DNA of 64,000 bases from an uncultured Lachnospiraceae bacterium. GTDB lineage: Bacteria; Bacillota; Clostridia; Christensenellales; UBA1242. The stretch spans positions 1,460 through 65,459 of the forward strand of contig CAYSOX010000005.1 in assembly GCA_964432825.1 (NCBI GenBank), read 5' to 3'. The notes under the pieces were generated by a model. The model searched no databases and had not been told where the DNA came from. It saw nothing but the letters and a program-made list of their open reading frames with translations. Below are positions 10,326 to 19,171 of the stretch, piece after piece; position 1 is the first letter of the stretch; every line of letters starts with the position of its first letter. The translations under genes and the position numbers were made by a program.

Positions 10326-10565
10326 ATGAGAAAAGCAACTTTATCAATCAGTGAAATTATTGAAAGGATAAAAAACTTACAAGGAAAAGATATAGATATG
10401 GAAGTAAATAGAGGCAGAAAAAGAATAGAAAAATATGTAGGAGTAATAGAAAAAGTTTATCCTAGCGTGTTTACCGTTAGTATTAAAAGCCCAGAAAATC
10501 AGCAAAATCAAAGTTTTAGTTACAGCGATGTTTTATGTGGTGATGTAAAAATTAAAAATAAGTAA
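10326..10565 (+). CDS. veg: Veg protein
   Basis: Full-length Veg-like sequence (IKNLQGKDIDMEVNRGRKRIEKYVGVIEKVYPSVFTV). AGGAGA RBS. Confidence 0.9.
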   Translation: MRKATLSISEIIERIKNLQGKDIDMEVNRGRKRIEKYVGVIEKVYPSVFTVSIKSPENQQNQSFSYSDVLCGDVKIKNK

Positions 10566-10640
10566 AAATTTGTGCATAATTTTTCGACGAGCTTTATAAA
10601 ATGTATTAACCGAATAGTTTTTGAAGTGAGGAGGAAAATT

Positions 10641-12140
10641 ATGGCAACTACTAAACACATTAAAATATCCAATGGTGGACTTTTAAAGGTGGTTGAAACT
10701 AAAGTAAATTGTAACTATAGTGCAGTTGATGGGGTGCAAATCGACAAAATTTTAGATAACATTGTAAATCCTAGTGTGTCACAAGCGGAAAAAGTTAATG
10801 ACCAATTGGATATTGTAGGAAGGGTAGGATTGACTAGCCTATATTTGGATACCGAGAAAAATTTGCAAACAAATATTTCTGTGGTTGATTTTTCTGAAAA
10901 GGTGCAAGTTCCGGATGCCGATGCAATAGTGGTTGTTCCTAAGGTAAAGAGTGTAAAATCAAGAAAAGAAACGGCGGTTTTTGTGGATTTGGTTATTACG
11001 CTAGAACTGGAAATATATGGTGTAATTCAAGAAACTTTAAGTTTTGTAGAGGCTGGAAATGAAGGCTTAAATGAATTGACCGACGAGGTTTCGACTGATA
11101 GTTTATTGTGTTTTAATAGTTCGGTTGCGGAAAATATGGAAACGATTGAATTAGAAGCCGAATCTAAAGTTCTTTCAACCTATTCTTCATTAGCAATTTC
11201 AAAGGTGGTGCCAAATGGTAATTTTGTTACATTAAGCGGTGAAATAACCCGAGATGTAATATATTCGCTAGGTGGGAACATAAAAAGAGTGCAAAAGCGT
11301 TCGGATGTACAAGAAGAGGTGTCTTTATTAAATTGCACCGCCGACACACCTTGTTTTTCGAAATGTTTCATTAGTGGAGAGGTTTTTGATGCTGAAGCGA
11401 ACGAGAATGGTGTGAGTGTAACCATTACAACCAGTCTTTCAATTTCGGTGTGGGGTTTTGAAAATACCAAATTCACTATTTTAAAAGACGCCTTTTCGTG
11501 CAACAAAAATATCTCACTCACTTCAACATCTTTTGAAGCCCTAAAATACAACAATTCTGCCGTATATTCCGATCAGTTAAGCGTTGTTGAAGATGTGACA
11601 AAATTTAAACGAATTGATGAGGTTTTGGCAATTGGTAGCAATACAATAAAGGTTAAAAGCACAAATTTTTCGGATGGAATGTTTAATATTACAGGAACCA
11701 TTTCGCAAACAATCATTGGTAAAAATTATGATAATGACGATATTTTCAGCCTTGCAGTAGATTCTGAGTTTCAAACGACCATCAACAATATTCCCTCAGA
11801 CGATGCAACCGAGTTTGATTATTCGCTAGTTGCACAATGTTTATCTTGCAAAAATAAGGCGGGTAAGGAAATTGCTTTGAATTATAACATTAATGTGTTG
11901 TTTAATTCAAAAGTATGCAAAAATGAGGTGCTTATTAAAGAGATTGAAGAGGGGGGAGAACTTGAACAAAACCCATATAGCATATTTGTTTATAAGCCTG
12001 AAACTAATGAAAAAGTGTTTGATATTGCAAAAAAACTTTGCGTAACACCCGATTGTGTATTATCCCAAAACCCAGATATAGTTGACGGCAAGCCAATTGA
12101 AAGGGTGGTAGTGTATAAAAGGGTGCAAAAAAACAATTGA
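10641..12140 (+). CDS. DUF3794 (SPOCS) domain protein with a degenerate LysM-like C-terminus
   Basis: GAGGAGG RBS 8 nt before ATG 10641; the ORF-track start 10572 lacks an RBS. Position after veg and the repetitive beta-rich sequence fit clostridial SPOCS/LysM sporulation proteins. Confidence 0.6.
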   Translation: MATTKHIKISNGGLLKVVETKVNCNYSAVDGVQIDKILDNIVNPSVSQAEKVNDQLDIVGRVGLTSLYLDTEKNLQTNISVVDFSEKVQVPDADAIVVVPKVKSVKSRKETAVFVDLVITLELEIYGVIQETLSFVEAGNEGLNELTDEVSTDSLLCFNSSVAENMETIELEAESKVLSTYSSLAISKVVPNGNFVTLSGEITRDVIYSLGGNIKRVQKRSDVQEEVSLLNCTADTPCFSKCFISGEVFDAEANENGVSVTITTSLSISVWGFENTKFTILKDAFSCNKNISLTSTSFEALKYNNSAVYSDQLSVVEDVTKFKRIDEVLAIGSNTIKVKSTNFSDGMFNITGTISQTIIGKNYDNDDIFSLAVDSEFQTTINNIPSDDATEFDYSLVAQCLSCKNKAGKEIALNYNINVLFNSKVCKNEVLIKEIEEGGELEQNPYSIFVYKPETNEKVFDIAKKLCVTPDCVLSQNPDIVDGKPIERVVVYKRVQKNN

Positions 12141-12304
12141 TTTTTGAAAAACTTATTTATCCCCAAAACTTGTATAATTTGCAAAAAAATATTGAATTTG
12201 CAAAAAGATGAATTGCCCAAAAACAAAATTTGAGGATTTCTACTTGAAACTAGTGTAAATTTAAAAAACTTTATCTTATATAAGATTCAAAAAAACATAT
12301 ATTT

Positions 12305-12343
12305 GAAAATACCCCCTAAGGTTTAACCTTAGGGGGTATTTCA
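12305..12343. terminator. bidirectional intrinsic terminator
   Basis: Perfect 13-bp stem ATACCCCCTAAGG/CCTTAGGGGGTAT, 5-nt loop, A-rich on the left and T-rich on the right. Lies between convergent genes. Confidence 0.8.
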
Positions 12344-12470
12344 TTGTGTTAGTCCTTTATTGAGTGAATGCTTTATTTTGTGAGTATTTCATTATGTGAG
12401 TACTTAATTTATGAGTTGTTTGATTAAGCGGATAATTTCTCATTAAGTAAGTTGTTTCATTAAGTAAGTT
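12339..12470. repeat. about 8 degenerate tandem units with a 16-17 nt period (TTYATTrwGTGAGTAn)
   Basis: TTTCATTGTGTTAGTCC / TTTATTGAGTGAATGC / TTTATTTTGTGAGTAT / TTCATTATGTGAGTAC / ... / TTTCATTAAGTAAGTT. Confidence 0.6.
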
Positions 12471-12554
12471 TTTTGTTAGGGGAAGATGAATGAAGGTAAA
12501 AATAATTTCTATGCGTTCCCATTTTTAAGTTTATTATTTAAAAAGTAAAACAAA

Positions 12555-13883
12555 TTACATAAGGGTGTTTTCGTCGAAGTCTTCAAATTGAGGTTTTTTT
12601 GTTGATTCTTTTTCTTTTTTCAATAATTCCTTATAATAAAGTGCACTTTCTTTCATATATTTAGCAATTTTAGTAAGATTTTCATATTTTAGATTTGTTG
12701 GAACTTGCTCTAGTTGGGATACGGTTGTTATTTGATTTTGCTTTGAAATTTCAAAATTTAGGATATCGTTAAAGTTGTAATAAATATCGTGGGCGTAAAG
12801 GTCATAAATGCTAATTTTATTTTGGAAATAATCGTGCAATCGGTCGGAATAAAGGTCGTGAATGCTAGAATTTTTAGCGGGGTCAAAAAGTTGAGCACGC
12901 TCTACAGATTTGTTTTCAAAAGAAGGGGTAAAACCAAAAGCAAAAATCCCGTTTGCTATATCTTGTCTTGCGTCATCGGCTTGTTTGTAGGTCGTGAATT
13001 TTTTGTCGCTAAGGTTTCCGTTTTTATCCCGCAATTGAAATGGACTGCATCCGCCATATTTCTTAACAATTGCAAACCCGTTTTTATAACCTAAAGCCCA
13101 GTCAAATTCTTCGCTGTAGCGACCCGTTGTATCTCTATATCTATATGGGCCGTCATCGGTTGCACGGACAACCGCAAATCCTTCGTGATAATTGTTGGCG
13201 TCGAAAAATTCTTCACTCAAATTGCCTTGCAAATCCCTATATTGATAATTTCCGTTTGCAGTTTTCTTAACAATTGCATAACCATCGTTATAACTCCAAA
13301 CCCTAAAGTATTCTTCACTTAAATTGCCTTTCAAATCGCGAAAACAATAACTTCCGTTTGGATATTTTTGTACACCTGCAAGTCCTTGCGAATAACTATT
13401 TGCCATATTAAATTCTTCGCTGAAATTACCCGAACAGTCTCTGAATTGATAGTGTGAATATCGGGTTTTTCGTACAAGTGCCAAGCCATCATTATAACTC
13501 CATGCACGATAAAATTCTTCGCTCAAATTACCATTTAAATCTCTAAATTGGAAGGGAACCTCGGGTTTGTCAAGGGAGCCTCGGTTAGTGTTTCCAAAAA
13601 CTTCTTTTGCTTTTGCAAGTGTCTGTACACATGCAAAGCCGTTTTTATATTCCCATGCCATATAATAAGGTTTACTTAAATTTCCGTCAGTGTCACGAAA
13701 TTGAAGTGCTCCATCTTTATACTTTTGTACGAGTGCCAAGCCTTCACTGTAGTTTAGTGCTTTTGTAAATTCTTCACTTTGGTTGTTGTTTTGGTCAATA
13801 AACACATAAGGCCCTGTAGGCGTTAATTTTGCAAGCCTAAATCCTTCTTTTGTTGCTTTACTAATTGAAAAATAGTTCTTCAT
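12555..13883 (-). CDS. WG-repeat (KWG-type) protein
   Basis: At least 7 repeats of the form Y..G(L/F)A.V.K...G..Q(F/Y)RD..GNLSEE(F/Y). GGGGAG RBS. Confidence 0.75.
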   Translation of the reverse strand: MKNYFSISKATKEGFRLAKLTPTGPYVFIDQNNNQSEEFTKALNYSEGLALVQKYKDGALQFRDTDGNLSKPYYMAWEYKNGFACVQTLAKAKEVFGNTNRGSLDKPEVPFQFRDLNGNLSEEFYRAWSYNDGLALVRKTRYSHYQFRDCSGNFSEEFNMANSYSQGLAGVQKYPNGSYCFRDLKGNLSEEYFRVWSYNDGYAIVKKTANGNYQYRDLQGNLSEEFFDANNYHEGFAVVRATDDGPYRYRDTTGRYSEEFDWALGYKNGFAIVKKYGGCSPFQLRDKNGNLSDKKFTTYKQADDARQDIANGIFAFGFTPSFENKSVERAQLFDPAKNSSIHDLYSDRLHDYFQNKISIYDLYAHDIYYNFNDILNFEISKQNQITTVSQLEQVPTNLKYENLTKIAKYMKESALYYKELLKKEKESTKKPQFEDFDENTLM

Positions 13884-14261
13884 TTTTTCTCCCCTCTTTG
13901 TTTGATTTTATGTTTTCATTTTAACATTGGGTAGAAAAAATGTACATACAAAATTCTCTAATTTTAGTGGAAGTCGTTTTGAGATTGTCAAAGTTAAAAA
14001 TACATAAAAATGTTAATTAAATTTATAGAATAATTAAATTAACTATTAGATGCCAGTGCTGTGTTTTGGGGTATAAATAAATTTTTTGAGTGATTTGAAT
14101 AAATTTATTTTGCTATTAGGCTAGGGTATTTGTAATAGGCTAGGGAATGGGTAGCAAAAAGGAGGTCAAAAAAAAGACCATCTTTATCAAAAACACTATT
14201 ATGTTACACATAACTCCTTTAAAATAAAGGTGAAAATGGGTTTTGATAGAAGGTGTTATTT

Positions 14262-14316
14262 ATAAAAAAATAAAAGCCTAACACCTTAAATTGTACTTAA
14301 AGTTTAGGCTTTTTAC
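14262..14316 (-). terminator. intrinsic terminator downstream of glpK
   Basis: Stem AAAGCCTAA/TTAGGCTTT with a 22-nt loop, flanked by A and T runs. Confidence 0.5.
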
Positions 14317-14318
14317 TA

Positions 14319-15809
14319 TTAATTGTTGTCTTTTACCTTTTGCAGTTGGTTTAAAAATTCATTGTGCCATCTTTTAAAATTCTCTTTTGCGTAGAGAGTT
14401 AATTCTTTGTCGGGAGTGAAAACTTTCGAAACTTCGGTGTTCTCGCTGAGTGTGTCTAGTGAATCAACCACACCGCACGCCACCATTCCAAGGTTAATTG
14501 CTCCAATTGCCGTACTTTCACTTTCTTTGGTTCTGAAAACGGTCAAATTAGAGGTGGAGGCAATCAATTTTAATAGGTAATCGGTTTTAGAAACTCCTCC
14601 ATCCACATGTAATTCTTTAATTTTAACACCCTTTTGACGCAGGTCGACCAAAATTTCTTCAAGCATAAATGCAAAACTTTCAATCGTTGCTTTGGTTATA
14701 TCTGAACGGGTGGAGTCAAAATTTAAGTTTATTATACTCGCTCTTAAGTCTCCATTCCAAAATGGGGCACCAACACCCGTAAATGTTGGGATAACAACAA
14801 GTCCGTTTGTGTTGGATTTGTTACAAATTTTATCTAGTTTTCCATAATCTTCAAAAAGATTTAAAACATTTTTTATATAGTTTAAGGCACTTCCGCAGTT
14901 GAAAATGCTACCCTCAATAGCATAAGTGGTTTTATTTTTAATTGAATACGCCACAGTGTTTAGCGAGGTGGTATTGTTCAAAAATATAGTTTTTCCGGTG
15001 TTTATTAGCAGAAATCCGCCCGTTCCAAAAGTCATTTTTGCAATTTGTTTTGCGGTGCAACCTTGACCTATAAGGCTGGATTGCTGGTCGCCGACAACCG
15101 CTAAAATTGGAAGATTTAATCCTGTTATTTGCTCAAGTCCAAAATCGTCAATAGAGTTTAAAATCTTAGGCAAAACATTCTCTTTAATTTTCCAAAAATT
15201 CAAAAGTTCGGGGTCGTATTCAAATGGTTTTTCAATATTTACAAGCATTGTTCGTGATGCGTTGGTTGTGTCAGTCGCAAAAATCTTGCCGTTTGTGAGT
15301 TTGTATATTAAAAAACTATCTATTGTACCAAAATGCAACTCACCCATTTTGTTGTATTCTAAAATGCTAGTATTGTTGTCTAAGAGCCATTTGATTTTGC
15401 TTGCTGAAAAATAACTATCCAAAATTAGTCCCGTTTTTGCCTTTAAAAAATCTTTTTTGTCTTGGCTCATTTTGTCACAAAAGTCGCTAGTCCTTTTGCA
15501 TTGCCAACTAATAACTGGGGCTATTGATTCTCCTAAATTGTTCCAACTTACAACGGCTTCGCGTTGGTTTGTGATGCAAATACCAAAACAATTTTCGTTT
15601 GTAACCTTATGCTTTTTTACTATGTATAATAAACTCGCTTTCACACTTTCCCAAATTTGGTCGGAATCTTGTTCAACCCATCCGCTTTTAGGAAAAGTTG
15701 ACAAAATAGGGAGTTGGTGGCTATCTGCAATTTTTCTTTTTATACAATCATATAATACCACGCGTTCGCTGGTTGTTCCTTCATCTATTGCTAATATATA
15801 TTTTTTCAT
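14319..15809 (-). CDS. glpK: glycerol kinase (FGGY family)
   Basis: N-terminal ILAIDEGTTSERVVLYD, GWVEQDSDQIWESV, and a C-terminal FGGY domain. Confidence 0.85.
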   Translation of the reverse strand: MKKYILAIDEGTTSERVVLYDCIKRKIADSHQLPILSTFPKSGWVEQDSDQIWESVKASLLYIVKKHKVTNENCFGICITNQREAVVSWNNLGESIAPVISWQCKRTSDFCDKMSQDKKDFLKAKTGLILDSYFSASKIKWLLDNNTSILEYNKMGELHFGTIDSFLIYKLTNGKIFATDTTNASRTMLVNIEKPFEYDPELLNFWKIKENVLPKILNSIDDFGLEQITGLNLPILAVVGDQQSSLIGQGCTAKQIAKMTFGTGGFLLINTGKTIFLNNTTSLNTVAYSIKNKTTYAIEGSIFNCGSALNYIKNVLNLFEDYGKLDKICNKSNTNGLVVIPTFTGVGAPFWNGDLRASIINLNFDSTRSDITKATIESFAFMLEEILVDLRQKGVKIKELHVDGGVSKTDYLLKLIASTSNLTVFRTKESESTAIGAINLGMVACGVVDSLDTLSENTEVSKVFTPDKELTLYAKENFKRWHNEFLNQLQKVKDNN

Positions 15810-16114
15810 TACAACATCCTTTATAATTTTTCTAAGTTTATTTTAACAAAATTGGTCGCCATAAACAAATGATTTGCTTCAAAATTTTAATTTCGTTAAA
15901 GATTTCATACATAAAGGGCAGAGAAGTTGTATTAAAGTTTATTTAGCATATGTTTACCAATTCGTAAGGTAGTTCAATTAAAATACCTAAATAAGTGGTG
16001 GGATACGATTTGTAAAGGGTGGTTTTGGATAAATTTTTAATTCCTTTTTGTATAAAATGCACAAAAATAGTAAAAAATTTTTAAAAAAGAATGATAAAAA
16101 GTAACACAAAACTA

Positions 16115-16143
16115 TTGACAAACCATTCTTTTTATGTTAAATT
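16115..16143 (+). promoter_or_regulatory. sigma-A promoter of the rpmG-secE-nusG unit
   Basis: TTGACA (16115-16120), 17-nt spacer, TAAATT (16138-16143). Confidence 0.55.
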
Positions 16144-16196
16144 ATATTCACACACTTACCGAGACGGAAGTGTTAATTTTTTGGGAGAAAATTTTT

Positions 16197-16346
16197 ATGA
16201 GAACAAAGATTACATTAGAATGCACAGAATGCAAAGAAAGAAATTACGACAATTACAAAAATAAAAAGAACGACCCAGATCGTATTGAAATGAAAAAGTA
16301 TTGTCCAAGATGCCAAAAGCATACAACACACAAAGAAACTAAGTAA
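16197..16346 (+). CDS. rpmG: 50S ribosomal protein L33 (Zn-ribbon form)
   Basis: [17 protein letters not shown]...[23 protein letters not shown] before ATG 16197; the ORF-track start 16134 is upstream of the promoter -10. Confidence 0.9.
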   Translation: MRTKITLECTECKERNYDNYKNKKNDPDRIEMKKYCPRCQKHTTHKETK

Positions 16347-16366
16347 TATTTTAGGGGGTATTTTAG

Positions 16367-16717
16367 GTGTCAAAGAAGAACCAAAAAGCCGTTAATACAA
16401 AGGTTTTGGAAGAAGAAGTTGAAAATGTTGAAACTCGTGAACTTCCAGAATCTGTAAGCGAACCTAAGATGAAAGAAAAGAAAGAGAAAAAGCAAAAGGA
16501 AAACAAAAAGGTTAGCAAAAAAGCCGTAAACGGGGAAGTAAAGCGTAGCCGAGTTAAGGAAACTTTTGCAGAGTTGAAAAAGGTTACCTGGCCAACATTT
16601 GGTAAAACAATGAAGCAAACCGGAATGGTTTTAAGTGTTGTTTTAATTTTTGGTGTGGTCGTTTTTGGTTTTGACCTTTTAATCAGCGAAATTATTAAGT
16701 TGCTTTCCGAGATTTAA
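16367..16717 (+). CDS. secE: preprotein translocase subunit SecE with a long Lys/Glu-rich N-terminal extension
   Basis: The C-terminal 55 aa match SecE (VKETFAELKKVTWPT...TM helix). GTG start. Conserved rpmG-secE-nusG order. Confidence 0.85.
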   Translation: MSKKNQKAVNTKVLEEEVENVETRELPESVSEPKMKEKKEKKQKENKKVSKKAVNGEVKRSRVKETFAELKKVTWPTFGKTMKQTGMVLSVVLIFGVVVFGFDLLISEIIKLLSEI

Positions 16718-16735
16718 GGTTTGTGAGGTGTATTT

Positions 16736-17269
16736 ATGGAAGATAATAAAGAATTAGAAGAACCACAATGGTATGTTCTTCATACCTTTTCGGGTTACGA
16801 AAATATGGTGCAAGACAACCTGTATAAAGTTGTAGAAACCAACAATCTTCAAGACGATATCTTAGAGGTTCAAATACCTATGGAAGATACAATTGAAGAA
16901 AAAAATGGCAAGCGTAAGGTTGTTCAACGCAAGATGTTTCCAACTTATGTTCTTGTAAAGATGAGATATAGGGATTCACTATGGCATACAATTGTTAATA
17001 CTCGTGGTGTTACTGGTTTTTGCGGGCCTGCAGGTAGACCGCTTCCTTTAACTCAAGATGAAATTCGTCGAATGAGACTTGAAAAAGTTAATGTTGATAT
17101 CAAAATCAACGTTGGCGATAAAGTTAAGGTTGTAATGGGTCCACTTGAAGGTTTTGCCGGTGAAGTAACCGATGTGGATAGTGAAAACCAAAAGTGTAAG
17201 GTAACTGTTTCTATGTTTGGAAGACTTACTCCAGTAGAATTAGACTTTGCACAAATAGAATTAATTTAA
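16736..17269 (+). CDS. nusG: transcription termination/antitermination factor NusG
   Basis: WYVLHTFSGYEN NGN domain and a KOW motif (GDKVKVVMGPLEGFAGEV). Confidence 0.95.
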   Translation: MEDNKELEEPQWYVLHTFSGYENMVQDNLYKVVETNNLQDDILEVQIPMEDTIEEKNGKRKVVQRKMFPTYVLVKMRYRDSLWHTIVNTRGVTGFCGPAGRPLPLTQDEIRRMRLEKVNVDIKINVGDKVKVVMGPLEGFAGEVTDVDSENQKCKVTVSMFGRLTPVELDFAQIELI

Positions 17270-17393
17270 TTAGGTTTTATCCACTAAAAGAATAATCTTT
17301 TATGTGGCTAAAATATAGTGGGAGAGGTAAATTTTTCTATGCCTCGACAACAACCACAAAGTGTTCGAAGTTTTTCGAGCAAAGGAGAAAATT

Positions 17394-17822
17394 ATGGCAG
17401 AAAAGAAGATACAAGCCGTAGTTAAGTTGCAATTACCAGCAGGTAAGGCAACGGCAGGTCCTCCAGTTGGTAGTTCGCTTGGACCTCATGGAATCAATAT
17501 TCCAGGATTCGTTAAAGAATTTAACGATAAAACTGCTCAACAAGCGGGATTGATTATCCCAGTAGTAATGACAATCTATGCTGATCGTTCATTTACATTT
17601 ATTCTAAAAACCCCTCCAGTTGCAGTACTAATCAAGAAAGCATTAGGTATTGAAAGTGGTAGTGGTAAGCCAAATCGTGAAAAAGTCGGAAAACTAACTC
17701 TTGCTCAAGTTGAAGAAATTGCTAAACTTAAGATGAAAGATTTAAATGCGTCAAGTGTTGAATCTGCAATGAGTATGGTTAAGGGAACTGCTCGTAGTAT
17801 GGGCATTACCGTGGAAGAATAA
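17394..17822 (+). CDS. rplK: 50S ribosomal protein L11
   Basis: [38 protein letters not shown] before ATG 17394. Confidence 0.95.
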   Translation: MAEKKIQAVVKLQLPAGKATAGPPVGSSLGPHGINIPGFVKEFNDKTAQQAGLIIPVVMTIYADRSFTFILKTPPVAVLIKKALGIESGSGKPNREKVGKLTLAQVEEIAKLKMKDLNASSVESAMSMVKGTARSMGITVEE

Positions 17823-17843
17823 GGATAGGAGGATACACGAATT

Positions 17844-18533
17844 ATGAAACACGGAAAAAGAACCGATGCTGCAAGAAAGTTAGTTGAAAAGTCTAAACTT
17901 TACAATGTTGAAGAAGCAGTAGACCTAGCAATCAACACTGCAACCGCTAAGTTTGATGAAACTATCGAACTTCACATTAAGTTAGGTGTTGACGGTAGAA
18001 ACGCCGACCAACAAGTTAGAGGAACAGTTGTTCTTCCTCACGGAACAGGTAAAGAATTAAAAGTTTTAGTTATCGCTAAGGGCGACAAGGCTGACGAGGC
18101 TACTAAGGCTGGTGCAGACTATGTTGGCGCAGAAGATATGATTGCTAAAATTCAAAATGAAAATTGGATGGATTTTGATGCATGTATCACAACCCCAGAT
18201 ATGATGGGTCTTGTTGGTAGAATTGCAAGAATCCTTGGACCAAAGGGTTTAATGCCAAACCCTAAGTCTGGAACAGTTACAACCGATGTAACCAAGGCTG
18301 TTAACGATGTTAAAGCCGGTAAGGTTGAATACCGTCTAGACAAAAACAACATTGTGCATGTAATAATTGGTAAAAAGAGTTTTGGTAAAGACAAATTAGT
18401 TGAAAACCTAAATACTTTGATGGATGCTGTTGTAAAGGCTAAGCCACAAGCAGCAAAAGGTCAATACCTAAAGAGTGTTACAATTGCAAGTTGTATGGGC
18501 CCTGGAATCAAGGTTAACTACAGAATTGGTTAA
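17844..18533 (+). CDS. rplA: 50S ribosomal protein L1
   Basis: Full-length L1 similarity ([14 protein letters not shown]..., [16 protein letters not shown]). Confidence 0.95.
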   Translation: MKHGKRTDAARKLVEKSKLYNVEEAVDLAINTATAKFDETIELHIKLGVDGRNADQQVRGTVVLPHGTGKELKVLVIAKGDKADEATKAGADYVGAEDMIAKIQNENWMDFDACITTPDMMGLVGRIARILGPKGLMPNPKSGTVTTDVTKAVNDVKAGKVEYRLDKNNIVHVIIGKKSFGKDKLVENLNTLMDAVVKAKPQAAKGQYLKSVTIASCMGPGIKVNYRIG

Positions 18534-18668
18534 TGCCAATAATTAAAAGGCATACGCCACAATTTAAATAATTGATACCATAATCCAAATGATTTGATGC
18601 TAAATGTAGAATATATTGTTTAGATTACTTTAATATCAACACTTAAATGGTAGGCTGATGCCATAATC

Positions 18669-18702
18669 AAAAAAGAACGAGGATAATCCCCGTTCTTTTT
18701 TG
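18669..18702 (+). terminator. intrinsic terminator after rplA
   Basis: AAAAAGAACGAGG-ATAAT-CCCCGTTCTTTTTT: GC-containing stem followed by a T6 run. Confidence 0.75.
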
Positions 18703-18899
18703 TGTAGTAAAGAATTGGTGGTTATAAAATGAATTGTTTTACATAAAGCCCAAATTATTGTTAACAATAAAAAATTGTTATATTTGATATAAGTGTACAA
18801 TATTAAAACTAATAATTTTAAAAAAACTAAAAATAGTTAACCAATTGTAAATTCATATGTTATAATAAAGTTAGAAATTAAATAAAAGGATGGGAGATT

Positions 18900-19157
18900 A
18901 TGACATATAATGAACAATTTGATTGGGTTGATTTCTATAAAGAATTTGCTCAAAAACTCTTAGAATATAAGAAAAACCGAAGTGAACTTATTTCTATTAT
19001 TAAAAGCGTATATGAGGATATTGAAATTAATATGCCAAAACTGGATTTGGATGATATTGTAGAAGATATAGACCCGTTTACCGTCTTTGGTTTGTTTAAT
19101 AAACATATTAGAAATGAAAATAAGCAAAAATATTATCTAACTTTGCGAAAAAGTTAA
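18900..19157 (+). pseudogene. mcrB: N-terminal 85-codon fragment of mcrB, separated from the rest by a 1-nt frameshift
   Basis: Reading 18900 up to the A5 run (19126-19130) and then switching to the frame of ORF 19172 gives a continuous ...DPFTVFGLFNKHIRNENKQK-ILSNFAKKLNIQAKVPISFDGIP... product. Confidence 0.65.
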
Positions 19158-19171
19158 ATATACAAGCAAAA

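Noticed and set aside
14196-14217. Dispersed motif around (T)AACACATAA / TATAATACATAA seen at 14196, 22470, 22573, 24877, 25185 and 51194
   Set aside because: The copies are short, AT-rich and differ from each other. Without genome-wide statistics I cannot separate this from chance or from ordinary -10 boxes with adjacent start regions.
17270-17393. Possible L1-binding regulatory structure upstream of rplK (GGGAGAGG...CCTC)
   Set aside because: I cannot match it confidently to a known leader from memory, so only the rplJ leader is reported.
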